DNA of 63,829 nucleotides, counting the filler, from Stramenopiles sp. TOSAG23-2 (Eukaryota), in assembly GCA_900128395.1 (NCBI GenBank). It is 11 parts of 11 records of this genome, joined end to end, with 100 filler letters (N's around TTAATTAATTAA, not from the genome) between each part and the next. Parts side by side here need not be neighbours in the genome. Positions count along the whole stretch, not along the records: positions 1 to 6,690 come from LT650416.1; positions 6,791 to 13,478 come from LT650417.1; 9 more parts are not named here. The stretch is one strand, 5' to 3'. The position numbers were made by a program, and so were the translations under genes. Numbering within the stretch: position 1 is the first letter of the stretch; each line of letters opens with the position of its first letter. The notes under the pieces were generated by a model that was given only the letters and a program-made list of their open reading frames with translations, ran no database searches and was not told where the DNA came from. Below are positions 1 to 11,031 of this stretch, one piece after another.

Positions 1-45
1 TATATATTATATATGTAACATTATTACAAGCAATTGAAAAGAAAA

Positions 46-1407
46 ATGGCGAAAAATATAATAAGATGTTGTAATAATTATTATGGGCATTATGTAAATA
101 ATGTGATGAGACGAAGAATAATCAATATGAAATATAATAATATTAATACATTCAATCCTTCTAATAATAATAATAATCATATATTCATCAACACCTATTG
201 TAATCAACAAACATCTACTATCACTACATTAACATCTAGGCGTATTATTCGTGTGAATGGTGTTGATAGCGAAAGTTTTTTACAAGGATTAACGACAAAT
301 GATATTTCACACCTAAATCCAGAACATGTAAATAATAATAATTCAGTTGAGGAAAATAAAAATTTGCAATATAATTATTTTTTAAATCATAAAGGACGTG
401 CTATATGTGATGTTTTTATAAAACGTGAACGAAATGAAGCAACTGATGATAATGGGCAATCTTATCTATTAGATTGTAGAAACGATGCATTTCCAATTTT
501 ATCAAAATTATTAAAAGTATATTGTTTACGTTCAAAAGTTAAAATAAAAGAGGAAAAAAATATGAATATCTGTGTATATGGTGATTATAATAATAGTATG
601 ATGGATATGAATGATGATGATGTAAAGGAGATGTTTGATATTGATCCAAGATCACCAATTCTTGGTTATCGTGGTTTTGTTCCAAAGGATTTTGAACATG
701 GTCATGATAATGATGAGCAAACAAATATACGAAAAGAAAGAGAGTATGATTATTTTTTACGATTACAAGGTATTTTAGAAGGGATTGAAATGAGTGGATT
801 AATTCCATTAGAATGTAATTTAGATTCCATTAACGGTGTTAATTTCGAAAAAGGTTGTTACATTGGGCAAGAATTGACAGCAAGGACACATTTTACTGGC
901 TTAGTACGTAAATTATGTTTCCCAGTCTATTTTAAAAAAATTAACGAGGATGATACAATGATAAAGAATGGCAATGCCCATGTAAAATTTCCTGTATCAT
1001 TTACTGATATGAATACCTCAATATCAATGTTTCATTATGATTCAATATCATCCTTATCCGAGTCATCATTGTTGAATTTTAAAGTTATACCAGAAGAAGA
1101 AGAAGAAGAAACAGATAAAGAAGGAAATGATAATAATAATACAAAGCAAAAAAAGAAAAAGAAAAAGGAAAAGCCAATAAATTTATTTGTAGGAAAAAAG
1201 AAAGTCGGTAAATTAATTTTACCACCATTATCATATGATAATGATAATAATTTTCCACCAATTGGCATTGCATTGATACGTATTGATATGGTTGCACCTG
1301 ATGATGATCATGATAGCAATGATGTTCATCAAATTATTTTGAACAGCAAAGGACGTATTGATTTGGATCAAGATGTTGAAGTAGTGCCTTTCAAGCCAGG
1401 TTATTAA
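46..1407 (+). CDS. IBA57: Mitochondrial Fe-S assembly factor IBA57/CAF17 (YgfZ family)
   Basis: KGCYIGQELTARTH signature and N-terminal 'GVDSESFLQGLTTND' GcvT-like motif. Arg-rich presequence-like N-terminus. First ATG is at 46 (the ORF track starts at a TTG). Confidence 0.92.
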   Translation: MAKNIIRCCNNYYGHYVNNVMRRRIINMKYNNINTFNPSNNNNNHIFINTYCNQQTSTITTLTSRRIIRVNGVDSESFLQGLTTNDISHLNPEHVNNNNSVEENKNLQYNYFLNHKGRAICDVFIKRERNEATDDNGQSYLLDCRNDAFPILSKLLKVYCLRSKVKIKEEKNMNICVYGDYNNSMMDMNDDDVKEMFDIDPRSPILGYRGFVPKDFEHGHDNDEQTNIRKEREYDYFLRLQGILEGIEMSGLIPLECNLDSINGVNFEKGCYIGQELTARTHFTGLVRKLCFPVYFKKINEDDTMIKNGNAHVKFPVSFTDMNTSISMFHYDSISSLSESSLLNFKVIPEEEEEETDKEGNDNNNTKQKKKKKKEKPINLFVGKKKVGKLILPPLSYDNDNNFPPIGIALIRIDMVAPDDDHDSNDVHQIILNSKGRIDLDQDVEVVPFKPGY

Positions 1408-1706
1408 CTATTTATATATATATATATATGAGATGTATTATGCATCATGTAATATACACGACTAATGAAAGTATTATTTTTATTGTGAAGAGAGGAAGTG
1501 GAGAAAAAGAGTTTTGTCCAGCAGGGGATATGATATATAACTTCATACATACTACATACATACGTACATACATACATGTATTAATACATATGTATATGTA
1601 TATACATGCATGCATACATACATACACACACACATACATATAATAACGGACTTTTAAAGAAAAATTTATCAAAAGCAAGATAAGAATTATCTATTTAATA
1701 ATTGTT

Positions 1707-2693
1707 ATGGCATCGATTGCAGAAGATACACCAACAAATCCAAAAATTGAAAAAGCAAAAAAGAAATTAATAAAACAACAAAAACATGAATTACGAATGT
1801 TAGAACAGAAAAAACAAAAGGAAGCAAAAAAGATACCAAAAGATCAAAAACCAAAGCGTATGGAAGTATACAAAGAATATGATGCAAAAATAGTACAACG
1901 ACAAGACGAACAAATACTTGAATTGGAGGCACTTGTTAAGGAAATGTCAATGGCAGATGGTGATAACAACAACAACAACAATAATAACAATAATAATAAT
2001 GAAAAAACAAATGTAACAAACACAACAAATGCCCAAAATGAGGATGGTTTAACAGAAGAGGAAAAACGTAAAAAAGCAGAGGAAGAGCGTATACGCAAGA
2101 AAAAAGAAAAAGCGTTAAAGAAACGTTTGAAGAAACAGCAAAAAAAGAAAGATGATGAAAAGAAATTAAATGAAGAAAGATCGAAGGAAGTGGATTATCG
2201 TGGAATTGAAAATAAAATGATATTAGAAAATGGTGTATCTTCCTTAGGTTTACGTATAAAAGATATTAAAGCAGATGGCAATTGTTTATTTCGTGCTATT
2301 GGACATCAAATTACATTAAATAAATCAGCATTTGAAAATAAAAGTTATCTTGCGGAAGAATTTTTCTTAGAAAATAACAATCGTCATAAATATTTACGTC
2401 AACAAGCAGCACAATATGTATTGAAACATGAAAATACATTTGCACCATTTTTAGCATTGGAAGACAACCCAGAACCATTTGTTGAATATTGTAAACGTAT
2501 GGAAACATCTTCGGATTGGGGTGGACAAATTGAATTGCAAGCATTAAGTGAAATATTAAAATGTACAATTGAAATTTATTCAGCATCATCACCAAAATTA
2601 ACAATAGGCCAAGAAGCATTTCAACCAACTATTAGATTATCATATCATCAACGATATTATGCACTTGGTAATCATTACAATTCGTTACATTGA
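1707..2693 (+). CDS. OTU deubiquitinase, OTUD6B/OTU2-like
   Basis: Lys-rich coiled-coil N-terminus followed by DGNCLFRAI...WGGQIELQAL...YYALGNHYNS with intact catalytic Cys and His. Confidence 0.9.
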   Translation: MASIAEDTPTNPKIEKAKKKLIKQQKHELRMLEQKKQKEAKKIPKDQKPKRMEVYKEYDAKIVQRQDEQILELEALVKEMSMADGDNNNNNNNNNNNNEKTNVTNTTNAQNEDGLTEEEKRKKAEEERIRKKKEKALKKRLKKQQKKKDDEKKLNEERSKEVDYRGIENKMILENGVSSLGLRIKDIKADGNCLFRAIGHQITLNKSAFENKSYLAEEFFLENNNRHKYLRQQAAQYVLKHENTFAPFLALEDNPEPFVEYCKRMETSSDWGGQIELQALSEILKCTIEIYSASSPKLTIGQEAFQPTIRLSYHQRYYALGNHYNSLH

Positions 2694-3183
2694 GCGTGTG
2701 TAAGTGTGTGCTTATCATAAAAACATTGGGGTGCGTCGTTTTATATTTTTAAATTTTCATATTTCTTATCTGGAGAGATTTCTGTTGTACAAACAATAAT
2801 AAATTATACGGAGGTGTAAAGTACGAACTTCGTACGAGTACATATTATAAAAATTTTCTCTTACTCATGTATTAATATAAATATTATTTGAAAAAATATA
2901 TTAATACTCTCGTATACCCTGCTGGTAATAGAATATTAAATTTAATATGTAATGTCATACGCTCCTTCTTCTATTTTTTTATGCATATAAATTATACAAC
3001 AAACTATATCATACTATTATACAGTGTACGAGAGTAATAATATCATAGTAGTATATTTATATAATGCACCCTCCATAACACACATCTTGTTCATTTTTTA
3101 CGAACTTCGTAATGATAAAAAAATACGGTTTCGTAAAAAAATATATTAGAATATCAACACACTAGTGTGAGATAGATTATTTT

Positions 3184-3249
3184 AGTTATTGTATTCTTTT
3201 GAAGAGTAGGAATTATCATGAGTAAATTAAAACAATAAATTATGCGTAA
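3184..3249 (-). promoter_or_regulatory. Dispersed 3'-flank element A (also at 4957-4998, 16953-17025 with mirror 16812-16884, and 59125-59157)
   Basis: Shared core TATCATRAGTAAATTAAAA..TTATGC. It lies ~50-170 bp past a stop codon in the same orientation relative to the gene. Confidence 0.7.
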
Positions 3250-3319
3250 ATTAAAAAATAATATTACCCAAACAACACCAAGCATACACGCACACACACA
3301 CACACACACACTACTCTCT

Positions 3320-4303
3320 CTACAAAAACTTATTTCGCGTTATTTTTAATGCATTTTTTTTTGCATCATCAAAAGACATACCATGATCAATATATTTTTG
3401 AATTAAATCAACAGTTTCTTGTGATGATCTTCCTTCTTTGGAATAATTGATTAATTTATTATTAATTTCACTCATATAATGTTCATGTGTTTCTTTTAAC
3501 AATACATGCTTAAAATGATTACCACCATCATTATTCTTATCATTATCACTTAATATAAATAATTTATTAGAATTTGGAAACATGTTTATTTTTCCGTATA
3601 AATGACTGGAATGTACAAATTCAATTTCTTTACCATGTGGATCATATTTCATTTGATTCTTCTCATCTATTAGGTCTTTAACGCGTTTTTTTAATGTGGA
3701 TAAATCGTGATATTGATCAAATGTTTGTGCATTTTGATACAATTGCATTTCTATCATAGCAACAGCAGAATCAGTAATATGTTTTTTACCAAGTTCTTTT
3801 TTCAATTTTTGCAATATACGATAAACTTCTTTACGTATTTTTACACGAGCTTTATGATTCGAAGAATGCTTTTGCCATAACGTTTTACGTATTACTAATG
3901 TACCATTTTCGTTTTGAAAAGGCAATCTCATTATTGTATTTTTGTTGTTTCCGTTATTATTATTATTTGAAATCATTTTATTTTCTTTCATAGTTGCTGT
4001 CCTGGCTGTTGTTGGTATTTGATCCTTATTTATTATATATATATTATTAAAATGAAAAAAAAGTGATTTAGATAATAACCCATTGTTTACTAATATTTGT
4101 ATATACATATCAGCATCTACTTCATTGATGGCTAATCCCCGTTTCATTAGCCATCGTATAAATGTATTACTTGAAATATATTTTTTATTATTTTGTATAA
4201 TACCAATATTTGGATCAAGTATTTCTTTATATATTTGAAATAAAATATTTTCATTTATTGTATTACTATTATCTTGTTGATGTAACGACGATGATGGCAT
4301 CAT
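3320..4303 (-). CDS. Hypothetical protein with DEP-like and KIX(Med15/CBP)-like segments
   Basis: 327-aa ORF. 'TFIRWLMKRG...DADMYIQILVNNGLL' resembles a DEP domain. 'IEMQLYQNAQTFDQYHDLSTLKKRV' resembles KIX_2. Confidence 0.55.
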   Translation of the reverse strand: MMPSSSLHQQDNSNTINENILFQIYKEILDPNIGIIQNNKKYISSNTFIRWLMKRGLAINEVDADMYIQILVNNGLLSKSLFFHFNNIYIINKDQIPTTARTATMKENKMISNNNNNGNNKNTIMRLPFQNENGTLVIRKTLWQKHSSNHKARVKIRKEVYRILQKLKKELGKKHITDSAVAMIEMQLYQNAQTFDQYHDLSTLKKRVKDLIDEKNQMKYDPHGKEIEFVHSSHLYGKINMFPNSNKLFILSDNDKNNDGGNHFKHVLLKETHEHYMSEINNKLINYSKEGRSSQETVDLIQKYIDHGMSFDDAKKNALKITRNKFL

Positions 4304-5061
4304 GTTGATAATGGCAATGGAAATGTTTATAAATAATATGAATGGATATTAGTTGTTGTGTAGATCTTAATATGATCTAATCAACAATATAAAGTTCTTA
4401 TATATTATATATTCTGGTTATTGTTTACATGTATGTATAGATGTATTTTATAAATATATCTTAGTCTTAGTTATAGCTGCACACACAATGTGCCAATGCG
4501 CCAATCATGGAGGAGAAAAAGCACAAAAATGTGTGTGCATCGACAAACAGTAACTATGGCTCTGGCATTCTATACTATAATCTTCCTACAGTAGGTAAAT
4601 ACTATACAGCTACTATAATTTATAGAACTTACTAATGTACAGTATTGAATACCACCAGAGGTGGTAGCTCTAGTTGAGAGCTAATACGTGCATATACTAA
4701 TATGAGGTCCTCGTGTGTGTGCACATCTCGATATAAGTACATAAAAATTATGTACGAATCGTACATTTATATTACCAACGAGATGGCATACCGCCAAATT
4801 ATTTCGATCTGTTCGATGGCACGTGGTAAAAAATAAAGTTTGTTTTTTTTTAAAATAAAGATATATATATCTCTCGATATTTATGTATGTAAAAAATACA
4901 TAATATTATTATGTACGAAGTATATATATTATTAATATACATTTCAAGAGTATCATTAGGAATTTTATCATGAGTAAATTAAAATATAAAGTTATGCATT
5001 TTAATTATTACACTAATATGTAAATATAATATTTACGTATATAATAAAATACGGCCACAAC

Positions 5062-5988
5062 TCACAATGAGGAAGAATTATAAACACTTAATGCAGTTTT
5101 TAATCGTTGACGATCATTTTCATAAAATCCAATGGAATCAAAATATGCATTGAAACTACCATATTTTGTTTTGATATGATTCATCGTATCCATAATATCT
5201 TTCGGATTTAATCGTAGTAAAAATGTATCCATAGCTGCGTCTAATTCATCATAATCAATTTCATTTTCATCTATATCAGCATCACCAAAACCATTTTTCT
5301 CAAAATATGCATGTTGTTTTTTACTCATACCAAATTTATATTTACTATAGACATTTTCAACACTTGCTAGACAGGTAGATTTTAAATAATCTTGAACAAT
5401 TTCATCATCAGTTGCACCACATATTTTTAAAATTAACATTGATAGACACCCTGTTCTATCTCGCCCTGCACTACAAAAAAATAAGCATGGATGATTTTCT
5501 TTCCTTGATATTAAAGTTAATGCTTTACGAAATAAATTTGGTTGTGTATCTATTAAGACAATCATAAAAAATCCCATATCAACTTCCATCATGGCTGCTT
5601 CTTGACCTTGTTCTCGTTTGATCTTTTGTATACGATCATTCATTTCTTTCATTTCCGGTCGTTGACTGACTTGCGAGATACCATTTCCTAAAAATCTTCT
5701 CGTTTTAAAGTTACCATTTGGTATAGATAGTTCTGCATCAACTGTTATAAAATTATTTAATAAATTAGCAAAATCATCTACCGTTCCAGCCTCTTCCGGA
5801 TCTCTTAAATCAACCAATGTTTTAACATTGAAACTATTCAATAAGATAGCTGCATCTTTTTCAGATGCCATGATTGGATTTGCACAACGCATGACACGGT
5901 TATATAAAATATGTCCTGTAGCGGTTGATAAATCTCTGAAGTTAAATAATCTTTCAAATCTTACAATGCCATCATATTTCGTCGTCAT
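5062..5988 (-). CDS. Protein tyrosine/serine phosphatase, Y_phosphatase3 (IphP/PtpB-like)
   Basis: NFRDL, LVDLR, CSAGRDRTG (CX5R loop) and IVQDYLKS motifs. First in-frame ATG at 5988. Ends in SSL (PTS1-like). Confidence 0.88.
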   Translation of the reverse strand: MTTKYDGIVRFERLFNFRDLSTATGHILYNRVMRCANPIMASEKDAAILLNSFNVKTLVDLRDPEEAGTVDDFANLLNNFITVDAELSIPNGNFKTRRFLGNGISQVSQRPEMKEMNDRIQKIKREQGQEAAMMEVDMGFFMIVLIDTQPNLFRKALTLISRKENHPCLFFCSAGRDRTGCLSMLILKICGATDDEIVQDYLKSTCLASVENVYSKYKFGMSKKQHAYFEKNGFGDADIDENEIDYDELDAAMDTFLLRLNPKDIMDTMNHIKTKYGSFNAYFDSIGFYENDRQRLKTALSVYNSSSL

Positions 5989-6540
5989 ACTTGTTATATG
6001 TATAATAATAATAAAATAAAATTTCACGAAGAGTACATATATTTCTTCTCAATATTAATTTTGTTTCAAACCCTTATATGTTGTATAATATGTTAATAAT
6101 GGAATATATACAATAGTCGTCTTTTTCCGCGTTAGACGAAGAGCAACTCAAGAAGTGGCTGGAGTCTGGAGTGCCAGGAATGGTTGCTTAGTCGTCTAAT
6201 GCCGCCAGGAATGCACTTTAACTTGCTAATAAAGAACACCTGTGTTAGGAAGGTATACATACCAGTATACTGGTTATCATTATTAGAATTATTAAAATCA
6301 TCAAATTCCAAATTCTAAAGAAAGCTATACTCTACTAGAAGAATACTACTACTACTACCTACCTTAACCTACCAGAGAGGCATTTCCTGGTCCAGAGCCG
6401 CCACCCAGACCACACATAAAATTTAAGTTGACCTGCATGCAGTAATAATTAGACCTGTTAATAGTAACAATGAATAAACATAATTATAGAGCACAAGACG
6501 CTCTATATAAATAATACATATATACATAATATATATACAA

Positions 6541-6571
<31 letters not shown>

Positions 6572-6690
6572 CATTAAACAATACTAGCGGTGGCATTATT
6601 ATTAGTGTAATATTGCGTGCGTGTGTGTGTGTGTATATATATACATATACAGATATAGTAGGTAAATATACGCATATACATAATATTTAT

Positions 6691-6790
6691 NNNNNNNNNN
6701 NNNNNNNNNNNNNNNNNNNNNNNNNNNNNNNNNNTTAATTAATTAANNNNNNNNNNNNNNNNNNNNNNNNNNNNNNNNNNNNNNNNNNNN
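6691..6790. other. Artificial contig linker N44-TTAATTAATTAA-N44. The same linker is at 13479-13578, 20259-20358, 27035-27134, 33810-33909, 40584-40683, 47357-47456, 54127-54226, 60886-60985 and 62358-62457.
   Basis: Identical 100-bp spacer containing stops in all six frames. The flanking contigs decrease monotonically in length. Confidence 0.98.
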
Positions 6791-7212
6791 TTGTTTGTTT
6801 TTAATCCTTCACCAATACTTTGTACATCAGTAATATTATTATTATGTAGGTACAATTTCGTTAATGTGTTATTTGTTTCTAATCCTTCACCAATACTTTG
6901 TACATCAGTAATATTATTATTACGTAGCCACAATTCTTTTAATGTATTGTTTGCTTTTAATCCTTCACCAATACTTTGTACATCAGTAATATTATTACCA
7001 GCTAGGTACAATCCCGTTAATGTATTGTTTGTTTTTAATCCTTCACCAATACTTTGTACATCAGTAATATTATTATTATATAGGTACAATCCCTTTAATG
7101 TATTGTTTGTTTTTAATGCATCACCAATGCTTTGTACATCAGTAATATTATTACTCTTTAGGAACACCGTCTGTAATGTCTTGTTTGCTTTTAATGCTTC
7201 ACCAATAGCAAA
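6791..7212 (-). repeat. 78-bp tandem repeats encoding LRR units (at least 5)
   Basis: Near-identical repeats of 'aatccttcaccaatactttgtacatcagtaatattatta' with a 78-bp period. Confidence 0.95.
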
Positions 7213-10200
7213 TGCATCCTTATTCGTGAGGTTCTTATAACCCAAACCCACTTCTGGCTTAAAAAATTCTGCTGCATAACAAGCCGTCAAACGAACCATT
7301 CGATCTATTTCAATCTCATCCTTTCCCCCCTTTAAACGTTCAATCACATAACGACATTGTAAATTGTGCATCGTTACATACTTTTTATTACGATTATCAA
7401 CTAACAGCGATTGTCTCGATAATTTGTGAATAATGTAAATTACATCATCTTCATCATTTAATTTCCACAAAATCTTTAATGACTCATACGATATTTGTGC
7501 ATCTTCTGGATATACACCTAACATAATATATTGCTCTTGCAACTTTTTTCCTCGTGGTGTACCATCATTTAACCAATCGACCCCCATTGCTAAGCATTTT
7601 ATACCACTTGTTCCATAATGTTCAATGACATCACTAAATGCATCATCATATGCATCTTCTAACTCTTTATCCAAAGATTTCAATATGCGTTTTATAATCC
7701 CATCATCCTTAATATCCAATTTTGCAGCAATTTCAGAAAGAAAAAGTGGAAGCCCGCTTGTTTTTTCGTATATTTCATGCAGTTCCTTATCATTATCCCA
7801 TTTAGAATTCCAACCGTTATTGGCTTGATTCTTTAAAAATAAAATTGCTTCATCCTCTTCTAAGAAATTCAATTGAAATTCTTTTTTATCTCTACCATCT
7901 AATAATTTACTGTTGCGTGTGGACATAACAATACGCGAATTTGTTGCTTTTGATTGTAAAATAGAAGCCAATTGGGTAAAACATTCTTTTAACCATATGT
8001 CATCGATAATAACAAGCATGTGCAGCTGTGTACCATTTAAATATTTGTTCAATATATTCTGAAACCATCTTTCATCTTTTTTCTTTTTAGTATCTTTAAA
8101 TTCTTTATCATCGGTATCATCTAACTCAAGTACTTTCTTCTCATCTTTTAATTGCATAAAAAATGAACGTACTATTTCAAGCGAAGTGGCTTCTTGACCT
8201 GCTTTTATATAAACAACACCATGTTTAAATGTTGAATAAATCAACGGGTGCCGTGCTAATTGCAAACAAAATACAGTTTTACCTGCACCACCACATGCTC
8301 GAACACCTGTTATAGCACATATTTTATTTTCATCACTACAAATATATTGTATAAAGTCCATAAATTTCCTTTTATGAATTTCCTTTGACCATGTCTTTAA
8401 ATATGGTGGAAGTCCATGTGGAAATTTATCTTGCCATGTGTTATCTAATAATAATGGTATGCCAGCTACAAGTTTATTACCAATCTTTTGCTTTTTTAAC
8501 GGGTCGGCAAAGATAAACGTTTCATCTGAGATTTTGAAATTGTCTTTTTCATAAACAACACTCGTGTTAACTTCAACGTAACTTTTTGCACATTCAAATG
8601 CATCTGAAACAGATTTTTGCAACACTATATAATGATAATAAAACCATATGCCTATAATTTTTGCTGCATGGCCATGGCATTTCGTTGACCAACCCCAACT
8701 ATATTTAATCGTACGCTCCAACTTATTGTTAGTTACAAGTGCAACTAGTTTTTCCGACGAACATGAATTAAATGTGATTAATTTAATTTGTTGATGGCGA
8801 TCACATAATGCATTAATCACTCGATCATCCGAAATGCGTTCAAGATTTCCGTCTTTGTTTGCTGCTACTATTCCTAATTCACGTCCATATATATTATCAC
8901 CACCATGACCAATAATATGTACAAAGTTAATTGATTGGTTGAAATCTGAATCAATCAATTCTAATAAATCTGCAAATACCCCTTGAAAAATTCTAGCACC
9001 CGTAAGACGTTGAATTTGTTTTGCTTCTTGTAAAAACCCGATATTTACTTTTTTAAACTCATCTTTCCTAATATTTGGTATGCATAAATAGATAATTCCT
9101 GGATACGTTACTTGGTTGTGTGGCGTTCTGGTGGTGGTGGTATTATTATTATTAGTAGTTGTTGATGATGGTGTTGATGATAGAGACGATGATGCCGGTT
9201 TTATAGGCATTGTGCTACTTGATAATACTTCTCGAATAGTATCATTAAGTTCTCTTCCTAGTTTTTTCATTTCCTCTACCTTGTTATCATTATTGTTTGT
9301 TGTCAAAGTTAAATCACGATAATTTTTCAGTAGTCCACTTTCACTGTTCTTTCTTAGCAAATTGCTCATAGTTTTTTCCCAATTTTTACTAGATTTTTCA
9401 TCATCCATTCCATTTGACTTCTTTGATCTTATCCCTTTTAGGAGTTTGAAAAGAAATTTAAATTCTTCAAGAATATATTTTTTTGCCTCATCAAATTCCA
9501 TGTCATCAAGAACGTTTGAAGTCAGTTCATTTTTTCGTTTTTTTTTTCCACTTGAGTTTTGCGAGTCCTTCTCTTCATGGCGAAAATACTTAATATTTTC
9601 ATATTTTGCAGTATCTTGTGTAATGTATGTCTGTTGGCAATCGTGCCATTCTTCATTCTCTTCCTCTAGATTGCAATATTGAAGCCAAAATTTAAGATGA
9701 TTTCTTTTTCTTCTACCATCCTCCTTTGCAACATACGGTAAAGAAATCCAATCTCCACCATTTTTTAGATTTTTGTCTTCTGGTATTGGATCATCTTTCT
9801 CGGAGTTTTGTACCTTGATATTTTCATATTTCCATCTATATTTGTATGTAGATTTTGGTGGTGCATCCGTAGTTGCGAAAACTTCTAAGTTTTGTAACGA
9901 TTTAAAGGACATCACTTTTTCCGCAGGATCAAATCCAATATATATATCACCCTCGTTTTGACTCTTACCTTTTTTAATATCTTTTAACGTAATTGTAATA
10001 ATTGTACAGACTTTTAACTCCTCGAATGTATCCTCGAATGTATCCTCGAATGTAGCAGTATCCTCGAATGTATCCACGAATGCAATATCCTCGTATATAG
10101 TATTCTCAAATGGGGCATCCCCGAATGCAGTATCTTCGCATACAGTAATATTCTCGTATGTAGTATCCTCGAATGTGTCCTCGCTACATATAATATTCTC

Positions 10201-10248
10201 GTATGTAGTATCCTCGAATGTGTCCTCGCTATTACCTGCGAAATCCAT
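6791..10248 (-). CDS. NLR-like protein: acidic repeats - CHAT (caspase-like) protease - NB-ARC (Apaf-1 type) - RI-like LRR; 3' truncated at contig end
   Basis: CHAT dyad FVHIIGHG...LITFNSCSS. P-loop GGAGKT, Walker B LVIIDDIW, RIVMSTRN, GLPL, and MHN at the MHD position. 26-aa LRRs run into the linker. Confidence 0.85.
10017..10232 (-). repeat. Coding minisatellite (gtatcctcgaat-type units) encoding EDTF/EDTTYENI repeats at the NLR N-terminus
   Basis: Repeated 'tatcctcgaatg' and 'ttctcgtatgtagtatcctcgaatgtgtcctcgct' units. Confidence 0.85.
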
Positions 10249-10415
10249 AATGTTAACTATTATTTTTAGTTCTTCACGTTATTCTGTCGAAATGTGTGTG
10301 TATGTGTGTGTGTGTGTTTAGTATTTATATATTCTATTTCGTTTTTCAATACTAAAAACTGACGTGTATATTTAGCACCTGATTTACGGATACTTATTAT
10401 TATTATTATAACGTT

Positions 10416-10470
10416 TCTGTATTAATGTATCTTTACTATTTTTGCAATCAAAGATCTTCCTGCATGTTTG
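10416..10470. repeat. 55-bp sequence that is the exact inverted copy of the contig end 13424-13478
   Basis: tctgtattaatgtatctttactatttttgcaatcaaagatcttcctgcatgtttg is the reverse complement of 13424-13478. Confidence 0.93.
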
Positions 10471-11031
10471 TGTATATTAATATGTTGTACTCTTGTATAT
10501 ATATATATATGATTTTTGTTATTAATTATTTTGGGCATTTGTCTATTTTTTTATAATGCTATTGGTATATTAATACATCCTGTGATCAATAATAATAAAA
10601 TATTGAACTAACAAATGGAAAAATATATAAAATATTTAATTTTCCCTAAATTTAGCATGGGCATAGCATTAACTTTCCATTTTTTTTGATGATTGTTATT
10701 TTTGGCGACCCGAAACAAATAAGACCTCCTTCCTCATTGTGCCATTCCTCCTTATATCTATATCCATATTATTCCATAGTCCATACCTGGTATAGTCCAT
10801 AGCTGCTCCATCTTGATCTACCTATTATAGTAGCTACCAGCTACCACCAGCTAATTAAATAATATATCATATATCAATCTTAATCATATTTACAACATAC
10901 AACACCACATTAACACATTAACATACATATAGTCATACAGACATATAGACATATACGCAGCAAAAGAAAACATCGTGAATCAACATTTTAATATTTATCA
11001 ATATTACCATATTCAGTTTACATAGATAAAG

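Noticed and set aside
1408-1645. Short ORFs in (TA)n and (CATA)n tracts
   Set aside because: These are microsatellite translations.
6735-6746. TTAATTAATTAA as a biological motif
   Set aside because: It is part of the synthetic linker.
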